Source: an uncultured Collinsella sp. (lineage in GTDB: Bacteria; Actinomycetota; Coriobacteriia; Coriobacteriales; Coriobacteriaceae). Taken from it: DNA of 64,000 bases. The notes under the pieces are model-generated. The model did not search any database. It had not been told where the DNA came from and saw only the letters and a program-made list of their open reading frames with translations. A program made the position numbers and the translations under genes. Below, piece after piece: positions 19,339 to 30,158 of this stretch. The stretch is from positions 496-64,495 of the forward strand of contig CABUDZ010000001.1 of the NCBI GenBank assembly GCA_902490445.1, given 5' to 3'. Numbering within the stretch: the stretch's first letter is position 1; the number at the start of each line of letters is the position of its first letter.

Positions 19339-20261
19339 AGCTCCACCCGCATAATGCGCCGGATAACCACCAGGGCAACGGCGTTGAGGGCAAGACCCAG
19401 CACCACAGCGCCCGCGCCGGCAGGCGTCGCAAGACCGCGACGAAAATCTGCCGAAAGCAGCGCCAACACCGCGCACATGCCCGCCGGCATCGCCGCGACC
19501 ATATGCGCAGACATGCGAGCCTGCGACGTCTTAACATCCAGGCGGCGCTTGAGCTCAATGCGCTCCCCCACCATGCTCGACGCCTCGGACAGTAAGTCGG
19601 CAAGCGGAGCGCCGGTGCGCTGAGACACCTTAAGCGCCAAGGTCACAAGCGAAAGACCGGGGGCGTCGATACGCACGAGCAAGTCATCGAGCGCGTCGGT
19701 CGCCGAGATGCCGCAATCGATCGCCGCCGCCACCCGCAAAAACTCGTTATGCACTGGCTCTTGCGCATGAGCGCCCACAAAGCGCATGCCCTGGGCCAGC
19801 GAATGTCCCGAGGCAAGCGACATGGAAAGTGCGGTAAACGCCTCGGGCATTGCCTCTTCTGCATCGTGTTGCTCGCGCCGGCTCTCAAAGCCATCCCGAG
19901 CGGCACCAACGGCAAACGGAGCAACAAGTCCCAAGGCAAATCCGAGGGGCGATAACGACACCATCGTTAGTAAAACGCAGCAGACACCGCTCGATAGCAG
20001 CAGAAACGCCAAACATCCCGAAGCATCCTCGATCACGAGGCCAAGGCGATGCGCCGGAGCCAGCGATGCCCACGAACGGGCGATCTTTTTCAGCAGATCG
20101 TTTTCCACCAGCTCACGCGGCAGCTTCTCTGCCACCGTCTCGAGCGCCTGACGTGCCAGCTCCGCCGGCGGTACCTGCGGCACACGAGGTTCCGCCCCGC
20201 ACGCCGTCGCGACAGAAAGCCCTGCCAAGCCCCCTACGACGAGGGGCACAGCGATCTCCAT
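19335..20261 (-). CDS. tadB: TadB-like T2SS-F family protein
   Basis: MPEAF, SLASGHSL, RTGAPLAD, TSQARMSA. Confidence 0.85.
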   Translation of the reverse strand: MEIAVPLVVGGLAGLSVATACGAEPRVPQVPPAELARQALETVAEKLPRELVENDLLKKIARSWASLAPAHRLGLVIEDASGCLAFLLLSSGVCCVLLTMVSLSPLGFALGLVAPFAVGAARDGFESRREQHDAEEAMPEAFTALSMSLASGHSLAQGMRFVGAHAQEPVHNEFLRVAAAIDCGISATDALDDLLVRIDAPGLSLVTLALKVSQRTGAPLADLLSEASSMVGERIELKRRLDVKTSQARMSAHMVAAMPAGMCAVLALLSADFRRGLATPAGAGAVVLGLALNAVALVVIRRIMRVEL

Positions 20262-21562
20262 TCGTCCACCTCCTCTTGTGTGAGCGTCCCCGACCGCAGG
20301 CCTTCTGCGATAAACGGCGGCTCGCGGTCAAGCGTCCAGGTGCGCTCGGCGGCATCGAACGTCACATAGCGCTCGAGCTCTACGCCGCCCGATGCGGCGC
20401 GTCGCACCCCCGAATACGAGGAGACGAAGCGCCTGCCATCGGCGTGGCGCTCGGACATCACGATACCGTCGAGCGCCATGGCAATCTGCTCCTCGATGAG
20501 CTCACTCGGCAGGTCGATGCCATAACGTGCAAGCAACGTCAGACGCACCACGGTCTCCTGTTCTGAACCCGCATGAAGTGTGGTGAGCGACCCGTCGTGG
20601 CCCGTGTTCATGGCCTGCAACATGTCGCAGCACTCGGCACCGCGCACCTCGCCCACCACGATGCGGTCGGGGCGCATGCGCAGGGCATTAGTTACCAGGT
20701 CGCGGATCGTCACCGCGCCTTCACCCTCAATTGAAGCCTCGCGCGCCTCTAGGCGCACCACGTGCGGATGATGCGCAAACTTGAGCTCGGCAGAGTCCTC
20801 GATCGTCACGATGCGCTCGCCGGTGGAAATCTCACATGACAACGCGTTGAGCAGGGTGGTCTTACCAGATCCCGTGCCTCCCGCAACCGCCAGGTCCTGT
20901 CGCAGCGACACCGCGCACGACAGCAGCTGCGCATACCAAAGCGGCAGCGACCCCAGCCCCACAAGCTCGTCCAGCGAGCAGATACGGTCCGAGAACTTTC
21001 GGATGGTGAGAATCGGTCCGTCAATCGCCACAGGCGGAATCACCGCGTTGACGCGATAGCCCGTTTTGAGGCGGGCGTTGACGATGGGGCTGCGCTCGTC
21101 GATACGGCGGCCAAGTGGCGAGATGATGCGGTCGATAAGCACACGGATCTGTTCATCATCCTCAAACGCATGCTCGATGGGGTACAAAACGCCGCCGCGT
21201 TCAAAGAAAGCCGAGCGGCAGCCGTTGATCATGATCTCGGTAACGGCGTCGTCCTCGATGAGCGGCTGCAACGGCCCCAAGCCCACCACGTCATCCAAAA
21301 TCTCGTCGATGATGGTTTCGCGCTCGGGCGTCGCGAGATCGGTCGGCTCCTCAACATTGAGCGCCGCCTCCACCGCAGGACGCAATTCCGAGCGGGCAAG
21401 TGCCGGGTCGATATAGGCGCTGATACGCGCCACTTCGTCGTAACCCATGCGGTCCATCACGGCGCGCTTGGTGCGTCGTTTCACCGCGCGGCGACGCCCC
21501 GCATCTACAGGCGCTGCCGCCGCTGCAGCGCCGGCAGCCTTAATCCTCGTTTGCAGGCTCAT
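20234..21562 (-). CDS. cpaF: CpaF/TadA pilus assembly ATPase
   Basis: [46 protein letters not shown]. Confidence 0.96.
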   Translation of the reverse strand: MSLQTRIKAAGAAAAAAPVDAGRRRAVKRRTKRAVMDRMGYDEVARISAYIDPALARSELRPAVEAALNVEEPTDLATPERETIIDEILDDVVGLGPLQPLIEDDAVTEIMINGCRSAFFERGGVLYPIEHAFEDDEQIRVLIDRIISPLGRRIDERSPIVNARLKTGYRVNAVIPPVAIDGPILTIRKFSDRICSLDELVGLGSLPLWYAQLLSCAVSLRQDLAVAGGTGSGKTTLLNALSCEISTGERIVTIEDSAELKFAHHPHVVRLEAREASIEGEGAVTIRDLVTNALRMRPDRIVVGEVRGAECCDMLQAMNTGHDGSLTTLHAGSEQETVVRLTLLARYGIDLPSELIEEQIAMALDGIVMSERHADGRRFVSSYSGVRRAASGGVELERYVTFDAAERTWTLDREPPFIAEGLRSGTLTQEEVDEWRSLCPSS

Positions 21563-23211
21563 CGCTGATCACCCTCGCGCAACCAGGGAAGGCGGATACG
21601 CGGGCGTTCGGTACGCGTTGCACGGTCGGCGACCATATCGCTCCAAGGGCCGACGGCGCACCCCAGTTCCACGAGCATCTCGCGCGTGGCCTCGCGCATG
21701 CTAGTCGCAAAAGCACTGGTCTGCCCCACCGCCTCGTCAGCGCGCCCAAACGCCATGAGCGCGGCGAGATCCTGCCCGCCATCGGCGATACGAATCTTGG
21801 AGCTCAACGCACAGGCAATCTCAAAGCGCATGGCGACGTCCTCGTCTGCCCCGCGCGCACCGAACCGGTTGAACACGGCGCTCATGCGCGTGCGCGGCAC
21901 ACCTACTCGACTTGCCAGTTCGATGACGCGCGACGCCGATGTCGCGGACGACACCGCCGCATCGCCAACGACCAGGCAACGGTCGCTCGCCGCCACCGCA
22001 GCCGCCACGGCGTCGCCCCAAAAGACCGAGGTATCGATAAAGACCACGTCGGATTCGCGACGCAGAACATCAAGCAGTAGCTCCACCGGACGCGCCATGA
22101 GCTCGGCTTGCTCGGGCGCCGCGACGGGACCCCAGAGCGTAACGCCCGGCGCCACGCGCATCGATGTGGCTACGATATCCGGCTCGGTGAGCGTGCCCGC
22201 CGCCGACGGCTCGATAAGTGCCGCCATATCGCGCGGAGCATCGACGCCTAACAAGTCGTAAAGGTTTCCAAACATCAGGTCCAGGTCGAGCACGGCGGCA
22301 CGCAAGCCCAACAGCGACGATGTGTGTGCCATGGTGGCAACGATCGTCGACTTGCCGCAACCGCCCGAACCCGAAATAGCGCAGATGACCGGAGCTCGAT
22401 GCGGCGGAGCGGCAGCGTCTGCCGGCGGCATCGGAGGCGGCGGGGCGGGCGTCGGTGGCAGCGCCCCCGTCTCCCCCGCCGCAACCACACGCTGCGTCCA
22501 AGCCGGCATGGCAGCTTGTTCGGTCTGCGAGGCAGGCTCGTTCTGCGCAATCTGCTCATGCTGCATTAGCGACAACTCGCCGCACCCGGCAAAGCCCTCA
22601 ACTTCGTCGAGTTCATCCGCCAGATTCACGCCGTGCACGTATCCCATATCTACAGCCGGGGAGTCGCCAGCATGCTGCGCCGGCCCTCCAGCGTCATCGT
22701 CTACAAGGGGGTTCCGGGGGCGCCGACCATGCTCGGCTTCCGCTTTTCCATAATCATCAACACGCGGGCCTCTTGTAGCGCGAGGCGCCCCGGGTTCCCT
22801 ATCAACAAAAGCATCGGGCTCAATCGTCATGTGCCGATCGGAATCAACCGCTCCCTCGCCCGCGCGCCCGTTGCCGCATACACTGTGCGCAGCGATGACC
22901 TCGGTCGCCCCCGCGCGAAACAGCCCCTCGATATCCGACGGATCGAGCGCTTCTATCAACACGACCACGCGACTCACGCGGCCTTCGGCCGTCAGGCGCG
23001 CAACAGTCTTGCGCACATCTTCGGTATCAAACAGAGACGCCGCGATGATGGCAGCCCCGCGGCGCGACGGAAACGCCCGCGCCATGGAAACCAGCCCGTC
23101 CAGGTCACCCACGCGAAGCACCTGTGCACCCACATCACGGCCCTCGACTTCCCGCTGCAACAGCCCGTAATCGCCGCACGCGCAGCACGCAAGCCAGATC
23201 GCCTTCATCAC
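21559..23211 (-). CDS. CpaE/TadZ-like MinD/ParA ATPase with degenerate receiver-like N-terminus
   Basis: SGSGGCGKST, LDLDLMFG, FIDT; position between cpaB and cpaF. Confidence 0.85.
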   Translation of the reverse strand: MMKAIWLACCACGDYGLLQREVEGRDVGAQVLRVGDLDGLVSMARAFPSRRGAAIIAASLFDTEDVRKTVARLTAEGRVSRVVVLIEALDPSDIEGLFRAGATEVIAAHSVCGNGRAGEGAVDSDRHMTIEPDAFVDREPGAPRATRGPRVDDYGKAEAEHGRRPRNPLVDDDAGGPAQHAGDSPAVDMGYVHGVNLADELDEVEGFAGCGELSLMQHEQIAQNEPASQTEQAAMPAWTQRVVAAGETGALPPTPAPPPPMPPADAAAPPHRAPVICAISGSGGCGKSTIVATMAHTSSLLGLRAAVLDLDLMFGNLYDLLGVDAPRDMAALIEPSAAGTLTEPDIVATSMRVAPGVTLWGPVAAPEQAELMARPVELLLDVLRRESDVVFIDTSVFWGDAVAAAVAASDRCLVVGDAAVSSATSASRVIELASRVGVPRTRMSAVFNRFGARGADEDVAMRFEIACALSSKIRIADGGQDLAALMAFGRADEAVGQTSAFATSMREATREMLVELGCAVGPWSDMVADRATRTERPRIRLPWLREGDQR

Positions 23212-23867
23212 TCGTCGCCTCCGCTCTTTTTGCCGCGCGCCGTGGCGGGAATCGTCAAGCTGACCGTTCCCTTGCCCGAGGCTCCCAGCAGTTCCTTGAC
23301 GTCTTCGGGGTCAGCCGCCAGCGTCACCCATTCGATCTTGCCCTCGCGCGTGGAACCGGAATCCTCACTGGTATCGATCACGTACGCGCCGCACAGCCGA
23401 TCGGTTACGCCGTCTTTTTGCACGTACACGTCCACGTAGCTGCCCACGCCCGCAGCACCGCCGACCGAGTGCTCGGCATCGACCGCCACCGAAACGGCGA
23501 CCTTGCCCTTAGGCACCTCGAGCATGTGGCTCTCGGCCTTGGTGTAGACATTGCAGATCACGGCGTTTTTGGGAATACGCGAAGTCGTCACGTCGCCGCG
23601 CACCTGGCGTAGCTCGGTCGCCGCGTCACGCGGCAGCAGACTCGTCAGCCACTCCTGGGTTATGACATTGGTCTCATCGAGGGTCTCACCCACATCGATA
23701 TCGCGCGCCGCGACGCATACCTCGACGCGATCGCCACCGTACTTGGCCAAGGTCTCAGCCTGGACCTGTTCGGCTTGCGAGCGGATCGACGAGCCGTAAA
23801 CCATGCAGAGCAGAGCAGCGAGCACGCCCGCGACCAAACTGATGGCGATGCGCTTGCTCTTGTTCAC
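23208..23867 (-). CDS. cpaB: CpaB/RcpC (SAF domain) pilus assembly protein
   Basis: TM + VAARDIDVGETL (SAF), VPKGKVAVSV, GSYVDV. Confidence 0.87.
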   Translation of the reverse strand: MNKSKRIAISLVAGVLAALLCMVYGSSIRSQAEQVQAETLAKYGGDRVEVCVAARDIDVGETLDETNVITQEWLTSLLPRDAATELRQVRGDVTTSRIPKNAVICNVYTKAESHMLEVPKGKVAVSVAVDAEHSVGGAAGVGSYVDVYVQKDGVTDRLCGAYVIDTSEDSGSTREGKIEWVTLAADPEDVKELLGASGKGTVSLTIPATARGKKSGGDE

Positions 23868-23978
23868 GGCCGCTCCTCTCATGGCAGTGCCGGGCGAATG
23901 CCCGTACCACCATTGTCTGGGCGGCCAGAGTGCAAAGCGGCGCAATCGCAATCTTGGTTTTCGATGTCAAACCAATCG

Positions 23979-24037
23979 CTGACCAAAAGCTGACCAGCCC
24001 GTCAAGCTCGTGGCAAGGTTTTGGTCAGCACGTCAGC
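23979..24037. promoter_or_regulatory. 11-bp periodic CTGACC / G(T/G)CAAG motif array upstream of the tad operon
   Basis: Units at 23979, 23990, 24001, 24012, 24023; shares blocks with 56333-56403. Confidence 0.55.
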
Positions 24038-24067
24038 AAACTGCATGTTTCGAGGCTTTTCCGCAGC

Positions 24068-24102
24068 AAAAAAGCCGCCTCCCGAACAGTTGGGAGACGG
24101 CT
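24068..24102 (-). terminator. Terminator of rsgA
   Basis: AGCCG.CTCCC stem plus T-tract. Confidence 0.75.
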
Positions 24103-24119
24103 GTCATAGGAAAAATCAA

Positions 24120-25304
24120 TTACAGATGGACATCGGGATCGAGCATTTGAGCGCTCACGCGCATGGATGACGCCAGGTTTTGGAACGTTTCCAGACGCAG
24201 GCTGTCGATCTGCCCGGCGTCCTCGGCCTCGCGAACGGCGCAACCCGGCTCATGGACATGCGTGCAATCGCCAAACCGGCACGCACGCGATGCCTCGACA
24301 ATCTCGGGAAAGGCGCGCGCCAGACCCCGCTCGTGACCCACGAGCGGTAGGCTGCGCAGGCCCGGGGCATCGGCGATCACGCCGGCGTCGCCCGGCAGCG
24401 TCACCATCACGCGCGCGACGGTAGTGTGACGGCCCTGGTCGTCGCGTTCGCGCACACCGCCGGTCGCCAACGTATCGTGGCCCAGCAGCGCATTGAGCAG
24501 CGTCGACTTGCCGGCACCCGACTCGCCCAGAATCATGGCGCAGCTCCCGGCAGGCACGCAGGCACGGACCTCGTCCAGGCCGCGGCCCTCGGCAGAGGAC
24601 GTCACGATCACGCGCACGTCCGGACCCACCAGGCGGCGCACGCGGTCCAGATCGCGCTCGAGCTCCTCGGCATCGCAGCGGTCGGCCTTGGTGAGCACCA
24701 CCACCGGCTCGGCATCGCAATCGAGCGCCAACACCAGTGAGCGCGCCACGCGATCGAGCAGCACCTCGCCGGCGCCGAGCGCCTGCACGATCAGCACGCT
24801 GTCAACGTTGGAGCAGAGCACTTGGCGCTCACCGCGGGCACGGCCACGCCAACGCTCAAAGCTCGTACGGCGCGGCAGCACGCACTCAATCACGCCCATA
24901 TCGTGCCCGGGAGCGCGGCGCACCGCCACACGGTCGCCCACGGCAGGCAGCAGGACCTCGTCCTCGCCGCGCGACTTGGCAAACCCCACGGCATGCTCGG
25001 CACGAAACGTGTCATCGGCAGTCGCCACCAGCGGAAACCCGCGGTCCAGGCGCACCACGGCGCCCAACTGCATCTGCTCGGGTTCCTCGGCTTGCGCGCA
25101 AAAATCATCGAAGGCTGCCCGTTGGGCGGCATCAACCGGCAGATCGTCAAACGCCGGAACATCCTGCAACGCATCGAGCCCCGGTACGCTCGTCAACAAC
25201 TCCTCGGCAGACGCGGGGGCTTCGGTCGCAAGCTTCCGACGACGGTCACGCTTAGCCCGCGCCCCCGTCGTCTTTTTCTTCGCTTTAGCCTTAGCCTTGC
25301 CCAC
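24120..25304 (-). CDS. rsgA: Ribosome small subunit-dependent GTPase A
   Basis: AVGDRV, TKAD, GESGAGKS, GRHTT, DAPG, CRFGDCTHVHEPGC; GGGAGG RBS before GTG. Confidence 0.95.
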   Translation of the reverse strand: MGKAKAKAKKKTTGARAKRDRRRKLATEAPASAEELLTSVPGLDALQDVPAFDDLPVDAAQRAAFDDFCAQAEEPEQMQLGAVVRLDRGFPLVATADDTFRAEHAVGFAKSRGEDEVLLPAVGDRVAVRRAPGHDMGVIECVLPRRTSFERWRGRARGERQVLCSNVDSVLIVQALGAGEVLLDRVARSLVLALDCDAEPVVVLTKADRCDAEELERDLDRVRRLVGPDVRVIVTSSAEGRGLDEVRACVPAGSCAMILGESGAGKSTLLNALLGHDTLATGGVRERDDQGRHTTVARVMVTLPGDAGVIADAPGLRSLPLVGHERGLARAFPEIVEASRACRFGDCTHVHEPGCAVREAEDAGQIDSLRLETFQNLASSMRVSAQMLDPDVHL

Positions 25305-25445
25305 AAGCGCCTCCCAGCACCATAAATCACAACTGAGCAGGTATTTTAAATCAAAAAAAGCTGGCCGGGCAAAGCCCGACCAGCTCACAAACTTTCCCTC
25401 AGCCCTTTTCATCCGCACGGGAGAAAAGCCAACAAGGATACCGCA

Positions 25446-25534
25446 GGGCCCGCCCCGGGAGTGTTTTCTTCTGAGCGATCCCGCAGCGCGAAGCGCGAGG
25501 ACCAGCGAAGAAGAAAACACGCAGGGGCGGGCCC
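25446..25534. repeat. Structured dispersed repeat, copy A (long hairpin with GCGAAGC apex)
   Basis: Homologous to 34201-34295 with compensatory stem changes. Confidence 0.8.
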
Positions 25535-25546
25535 GGACAGGTTAAC

Positions 25547-28228
25547 TTACTCTTTCTCCACCGCGCGCATGATCGCCTTGTAGATCTCCATCAGCGGAAT
25601 AATCAGGAAGGCAAGGCCCAGGGCAGCGACAACGCCCTTGAGCTCAAGCGTTACGGGGCCAAAGAACATCTCAGCAAGCGTCGGCTGCACGGTCACGATC
25701 ACCGTCAGCACCAGTGCCAGCGCGGCGGAAGCCCACAGCCACTTGTTCTGCTTCTTCATGGTGAACAGCGACGCACGACGGCTGCGCATATTGAAGCAGT
25801 GGAAAATCTCGACCATGTTGAGCGTGATGAACGCCATCATCACGCCTTCCTCGTCGGCATTGCCGGCGATCATATCGGCGATGTGGATGTAGCCCATGTC
25901 AAAGTACACGCCCACAAAGAAGCTCGCCAGCACCAGCACGGTGATGATTAGGCCCTGGACCACGCAGTCCAGACCCATATGTCCGGCAAAGACACCGTCC
26001 TTGGCGTTGCGCGGCTTGCGCTTCATGATGTCGCCCTCGGCGTCCTCCATGCCCAGCGCGAGCGCAGGGAAGCAGTCGGTAACCAGGTTCACCCACAGCA
26101 GCTGCACCGGCTGGAAGATGGTAAAGCCGATGAGCGTGGCGATAAACACCGAGAAGACCTCGGCAAGGTTTGCCGAAAGCAGGAACTGGATGACCTTGCG
26201 GATGTTGTCGTAGATGCGGCGACCCTCTTCGCAAGCACCGATGATGGTGGCGAAGTTGTCGTCGGCAAGCACCATGTCGGCAACGTTCTTGGTGACGTCG
26301 GTACCGGTGATGCCCATGCCCACGCCGATGTCGGCACGCTTGATGGACGGGGCGTCGTTGACGCCGTCGCCCGTCATGGCCACAATCTGGTCGCGCGACT
26401 TCCAGGCCTCGACGATGCGGGTCTTGTGCTCGGGCTGGACGCGGGCGTACACGCCGTAGTCCTCGATGTGCGCGTCGAGTTCCTCGTCGCTCGTGCGGTC
26501 GAGGTCGGCGCCCGTGATGGCCTGGCTGCGATCGGCGACGATACCCAGCTGCTTGGCGATGGCCACGGCGGTGTCGATGTGGTCGCCCGTGATCATGACG
26601 GTGCGGATACCAGCGTCGTGCGCCTCGCGGATAGCGTCAGCCACCTCGGGACGGACCGGGTCAATCATGCCGGACAGGCCGCAGAAGACCAGGTCGTGCT
26701 CGAGCGCAGCGGGGCTGCAGTCGCTCGGGACCTCGGTGTAGGTGCGGCTTGCCAGCGCCAGCACGCGCAGAGCCTCGTCGGCCATGGCCTTGTTGGCGGC
26801 CACGAGCTCGGCGCGACGCTCCTCGGTCAGCGGGACGACCTTTTCGCCCTCGTAGATATGGGTGCACAGGCCGATCACCACGTCGGGCGCGCCCTTGGTG
26901 TACTGCTCGTACTCGCCATCCAAGGTCTCGACGATCACGGACATCATCTTGCGGCCCGAGTCGAACGGGGCCTCGCCCACGCGCGGATGCTCGGCAGTCA
27001 GGCCGGTGAGGCCAGCCTTGCCGGCGTCGTTGACGAGCGCGCACTCGGTCGGCTCGCCCACGGCCTCGCCCAGCTCCTCGTCCCACTGAGCATCGGAGCA
27101 CAGCGCCATGCCGGCCAGGAACTTCTCCTTGGGCGCAGCGAGCTCGTGCTTGACGACGGTCATCTTGTTCTGGGTAAGGGTACCGGTCTTGTCGGAGCAG
27201 ATGGTCTGTGTGCAGCCAAGGGTCTCGACAGCAGAGAGCTTGCGGATAATCGCCCGGCGCTTGGCCATCTTGGTCACGCCAAGCGAAAGGACGATGGTCA
27301 CGACGGCAACAAGGCCCTCGGGGATGGCGGCGACGGCGAGCGAGACGGCAACCATAAAGGTGTCGAGCAGGGCAGTCGGATCGGTAAGGACGTTGCCCAC
27401 GCCGTGGCGGAGGATGTCAACGCCAAAGATGACGACGCAGATGACGATCACCATGATGGTGAGGATGCGGCTGAGCTCGGCGAGCTTCACCTGCAGCGGC
27501 GTGAGCTCTTCCTTGGCCTCGGCCAGGGCGCCGGCGATCTTGCCCATCTCGGTGTTCATGCCGGTGCCGACCACGACGGCGCGACCACGGCCGTACACGA
27601 CGGTGGAGCCCATATAGCACATGTTCTTACGGTCGCCGAGCGGCACGTCGTCGGTGCCGGCGGCGAGCTCGATCACGTTGGCATGCTTCTCGACGGGCAC
27701 GGACTCGCCGGTGAGCGCGGCCTCTTCGATCTTCATCGTGGCGCTCTCGAGCACGCGGCAGTCGGCCGGGACGGAGTCGCCCGCCTCGAGCATGATCACG
27801 TCGCCGGGCACGAGCTCGGCGCTCGGCAGGTGCACGAGCTTGCCGTCGCGTAGCACCTTGGACTGCGCCGCACTCATCTCCTGCAGGGCCTCGAGGGCCT
27901 CCTCGCTCTTGGCTTCCTGGACCACGCCCAGCACCGAGTTGACGATAACGACGAACATGATGATGGCAACATCGGCAAAGTCGGGCTCGCCCTTGACCAT
28001 GCCCGTGAGCGCACTGATGACGGCGGCAACGATCAGCATGATGACCATAGGGTCAGCCATCTGTTCAAAGAAACGCTTCCACAGCGGCGTCTTCTCAGCT
28101 TCCTCGAGCTTGTTAGGGCCTGTCTTGGCGAGGCGCGAAGACGCCTCGTCGTTGCTCAGGCCGAGGTTCTCATCGACACCTTGGTCGCTGAGCACCTCCG
28201 CCGCGGCGGACAGGTATTCCTTTTGCAT
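25547..28228 (-). CDS. Cation-translocating P-type ATPase (P2A, Ca2+-ATPase-like)
   Basis: LTGES, AAIPEGL, DKTGTLT, KGAP, MITGD, TGDGVND, LVTD. Confidence 0.96.
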   Translation of the reverse strand: MQKEYLSAAAEVLSDQGVDENLGLSNDEASSRLAKTGPNKLEEAEKTPLWKRFFEQMADPMVIMLIVAAVISALTGMVKGEPDFADVAIIMFVVIVNSVLGVVQEAKSEEALEALQEMSAAQSKVLRDGKLVHLPSAELVPGDVIMLEAGDSVPADCRVLESATMKIEEAALTGESVPVEKHANVIELAAGTDDVPLGDRKNMCYMGSTVVYGRGRAVVVGTGMNTEMGKIAGALAEAKEELTPLQVKLAELSRILTIMVIVICVVIFGVDILRHGVGNVLTDPTALLDTFMVAVSLAVAAIPEGLVAVVTIVLSLGVTKMAKRRAIIRKLSAVETLGCTQTICSDKTGTLTQNKMTVVKHELAAPKEKFLAGMALCSDAQWDEELGEAVGEPTECALVNDAGKAGLTGLTAEHPRVGEAPFDSGRKMMSVIVETLDGEYEQYTKGAPDVVIGLCTHIYEGEKVVPLTEERRAELVAANKAMADEALRVLALASRTYTEVPSDCSPAALEHDLVFCGLSGMIDPVRPEVADAIREAHDAGIRTVMITGDHIDTAVAIAKQLGIVADRSQAITGADLDRTSDEELDAHIEDYGVYARVQPEHKTRIVEAWKSRDQIVAMTGDGVNDAPSIKRADIGVGMGITGTDVTKNVADMVLADDNFATIIGACEEGRRIYDNIRKVIQFLLSANLAEVFSVFIATLIGFTIFQPVQLLWVNLVTDCFPALALGMEDAEGDIMKRKPRNAKDGVFAGHMGLDCVVQGLIITVLVLASFFVGVYFDMGYIHIADMIAGNADEEGVMMAFITLNMVEIFHCFNMRSRRASLFTMKKQNKWLWASAALALVLTVIVTVQPTLAEMFFGPVTLELKGVVAALGLAFLIIPLMEIYKAIMRAVEKE

Positions 28229-28345
28229 ATAGAGTCCCCTCCTGGGATTCGGGCCACTCAGCAGATTGATGCCCGATCATAATTCCCAGGAGAAGGGCAA
28301 GGGCTCATCAAGGCTGCCGTGCTGAGCGGCAGTTGATAGTGGAGC
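28229..28345 (-). promoter_or_regulatory. Structured 5' leader that sequesters the RBS (candidate riboswitch)
   Basis: CTCCTGGGA/TCCCAGGAG stem covers AGGAGG; alternative pairings exist; TACCAT -10-like box at 28347-28352. Confidence 0.5.
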
Positions 28346-28669
28346 TATGGTACCCCAAAGCGACGCGTCTAGCCAAAACAATCGGTTTGGAAATATGGTC
28401 CGCACGCAACGGTGCAGGCCGTGTGATGCTCAACATTGGTAAAACGTTTTTTCTTCGGCACATCGCCAAACTGACATATCGCCCAGATAGCAGCGGTTGG
28501 AGTGGTTGGTAAAGATTTTTCATATACCGTTTTTCCCGCAAAAATGAACTTCCATTTCGGCATACGGTCGATTTTTTGGGGTATTCGGTCGGCATTTCGT
28601 TATAATCATCTCGGTTTTATTTCTTATGGTTTATCTATCAGCGCAAGACGATGTCAGATGGAGGTCTGA

Positions 28670-30130
28670 ATGTACAAGCGTACTAAGATTGTATGCACCA
28701 TGGGTCCCGCCTGCGATAGCGACGAGACCATCCGCGAGATGATCAAGGCGGGCATGAACGTCGCCCGTTTTAACTTCTCGCACGGCTCCTACGACGAGCA
28801 CCACGGTCGCATCGAGCGCGTCCGCCGTATTTCCAAGGAGCTCGGTCTGCCTGTCGGCATCCTGCTCGACACCAAGGGCCCCGAGGTCCGCACCGGCCTT
28901 CTGGTCGACGGCAAGAAGGTTGCCGTCAAGACCGGCGATAAGATCGTCGTCACCGCTCAGCCCACGTCCGAGGATTTCCACGGCACCGCTGAGCACATCT
29001 CCCTCGACTACCTGGCTCTGCCCTCCGAGGTCGAGAAGGGCTCCCTCATCCTGATCGATGACGGCCTGGTTGCCCTCGAGGTCGAGTCCGTCAGCGGCCA
29101 GGACATGACCTGCGTCGTTAAGAACGACGGCCTGATCGGCGAGCGCAAGGGCGTCAACATGCCCAACGTCAACATCTCGCTGCCCGCCATCACCGAGCGC
29201 GATCGTCAGGACATCCTCTTTGGCCTGACCGAGAACATCGACTACATCGCCGCTTCCTTCATCCGTGACGGCGAGTCCGTCCGCGGCATCCGCAAGCTTT
29301 GCCGCGAGAACGGTGGCGAGCACGTGACGATCTTCCCGAAGATCGAGTGCGCCCTGGGCGTCGAGAACTTCGACGAGATCCTCGAGGCTTCCGACGGCAT
29401 CATGGTCGCCCGTGGCGACCTGGGTATCGAGATCAAGCCCGAGCTCGTTCCGCACATCCAGAAGGAGATCATCGCCAAGTGCAACGCGGCCTACAAGCCC
29501 GTTATCACCGCTACGCAGATGCTCGACTCCATGCAGCAGAACCCGCGCCCGACGCGCGCCGAGGTTGCCGACGTTGCTAACGCCATCTACGACGGCACCG
29601 ACGCCGTTATGCTCTCTGGCGAGTCCGCTGCCGGTAAGTACCCGGTCGAGGCCGTTAAGATGCAGGCTAGCATTGCTCTCGAGACCGAGAAGTACCTCCC
29701 GGCCCACGCTCCGCTCGAGGTTCCGGCTGGCGCCCACGGCACCCGCGTCGTCAACAACGTTGTGGGTATGTCCGCTGTGAACATGGCCACCACCGTTGGC
29801 GCCAAGTGCATCACCGTGCCGACGACCACCGGTCGCACCGCTCGCCTGATCTCGCACTTCCGTCCCAACATGCCGATCTGCGCATTCTCCCGCCACGAGT
29901 GGGCCGTCCAGCAGATGATCATGTACTGGGGCGTTATCCCGCACCAGGCTGCCATCACGCAGGGCACCGTCAACGGCACGATCGTCAAGGCGATCGAGAC
30001 CGCCAAGGAGCTCGGCTACGTCGAGACCGGCGATCTGACCGTCGCCACCGCCGGCGATCCCCGCATGAGCGTCCAGCTCGAGGACAAGGTCTCCTCGACC
30101 AACGTCGCTTACGTCGCTCAGGTGCGCTAA
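28670..30130 (+). CDS. pyk: Pyruvate kinase
   Basis: RTKIVCTMGP, ARFNFSHG, DTKGPEVR, MVARGDLG, ATQML, MLSGESA; TATAAT at 28601 and GGAGG RBS. Confidence 0.98.
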   Translation: MYKRTKIVCTMGPACDSDETIREMIKAGMNVARFNFSHGSYDEHHGRIERVRRISKELGLPVGILLDTKGPEVRTGLLVDGKKVAVKTGDKIVVTAQPTSEDFHGTAEHISLDYLALPSEVEKGSLILIDDGLVALEVESVSGQDMTCVVKNDGLIGERKGVNMPNVNISLPAITERDRQDILFGLTENIDYIAASFIRDGESVRGIRKLCRENGGEHVTIFPKIECALGVENFDEILEASDGIMVARGDLGIEIKPELVPHIQKEIIAKCNAAYKPVITATQMLDSMQQNPRPTRAEVADVANAIYDGTDAVMLSGESAAGKYPVEAVKMQASIALETEKYLPAHAPLEVPAGAHGTRVVNNVVGMSAVNMATTVGAKCITVPTTTGRTARLISHFRPNMPICAFSRHEWAVQQMIMYWGVIPHQAAITQGTVNGTIVKAIETAKELGYVETGDLTVATAGDPRMSVQLEDKVSSTNVAYVAQVR

Positions 30131-30158
30131 ATCGCACTTGCAAGCATGCTTGCATTGC

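Noticed and set aside
28295..28345. Fluoride riboswitch-like words (AACTGC...TGATGA) in the ATPase leader
   Set aside because: The 5' GGCGATGG element and its pseudoknot partner are absent
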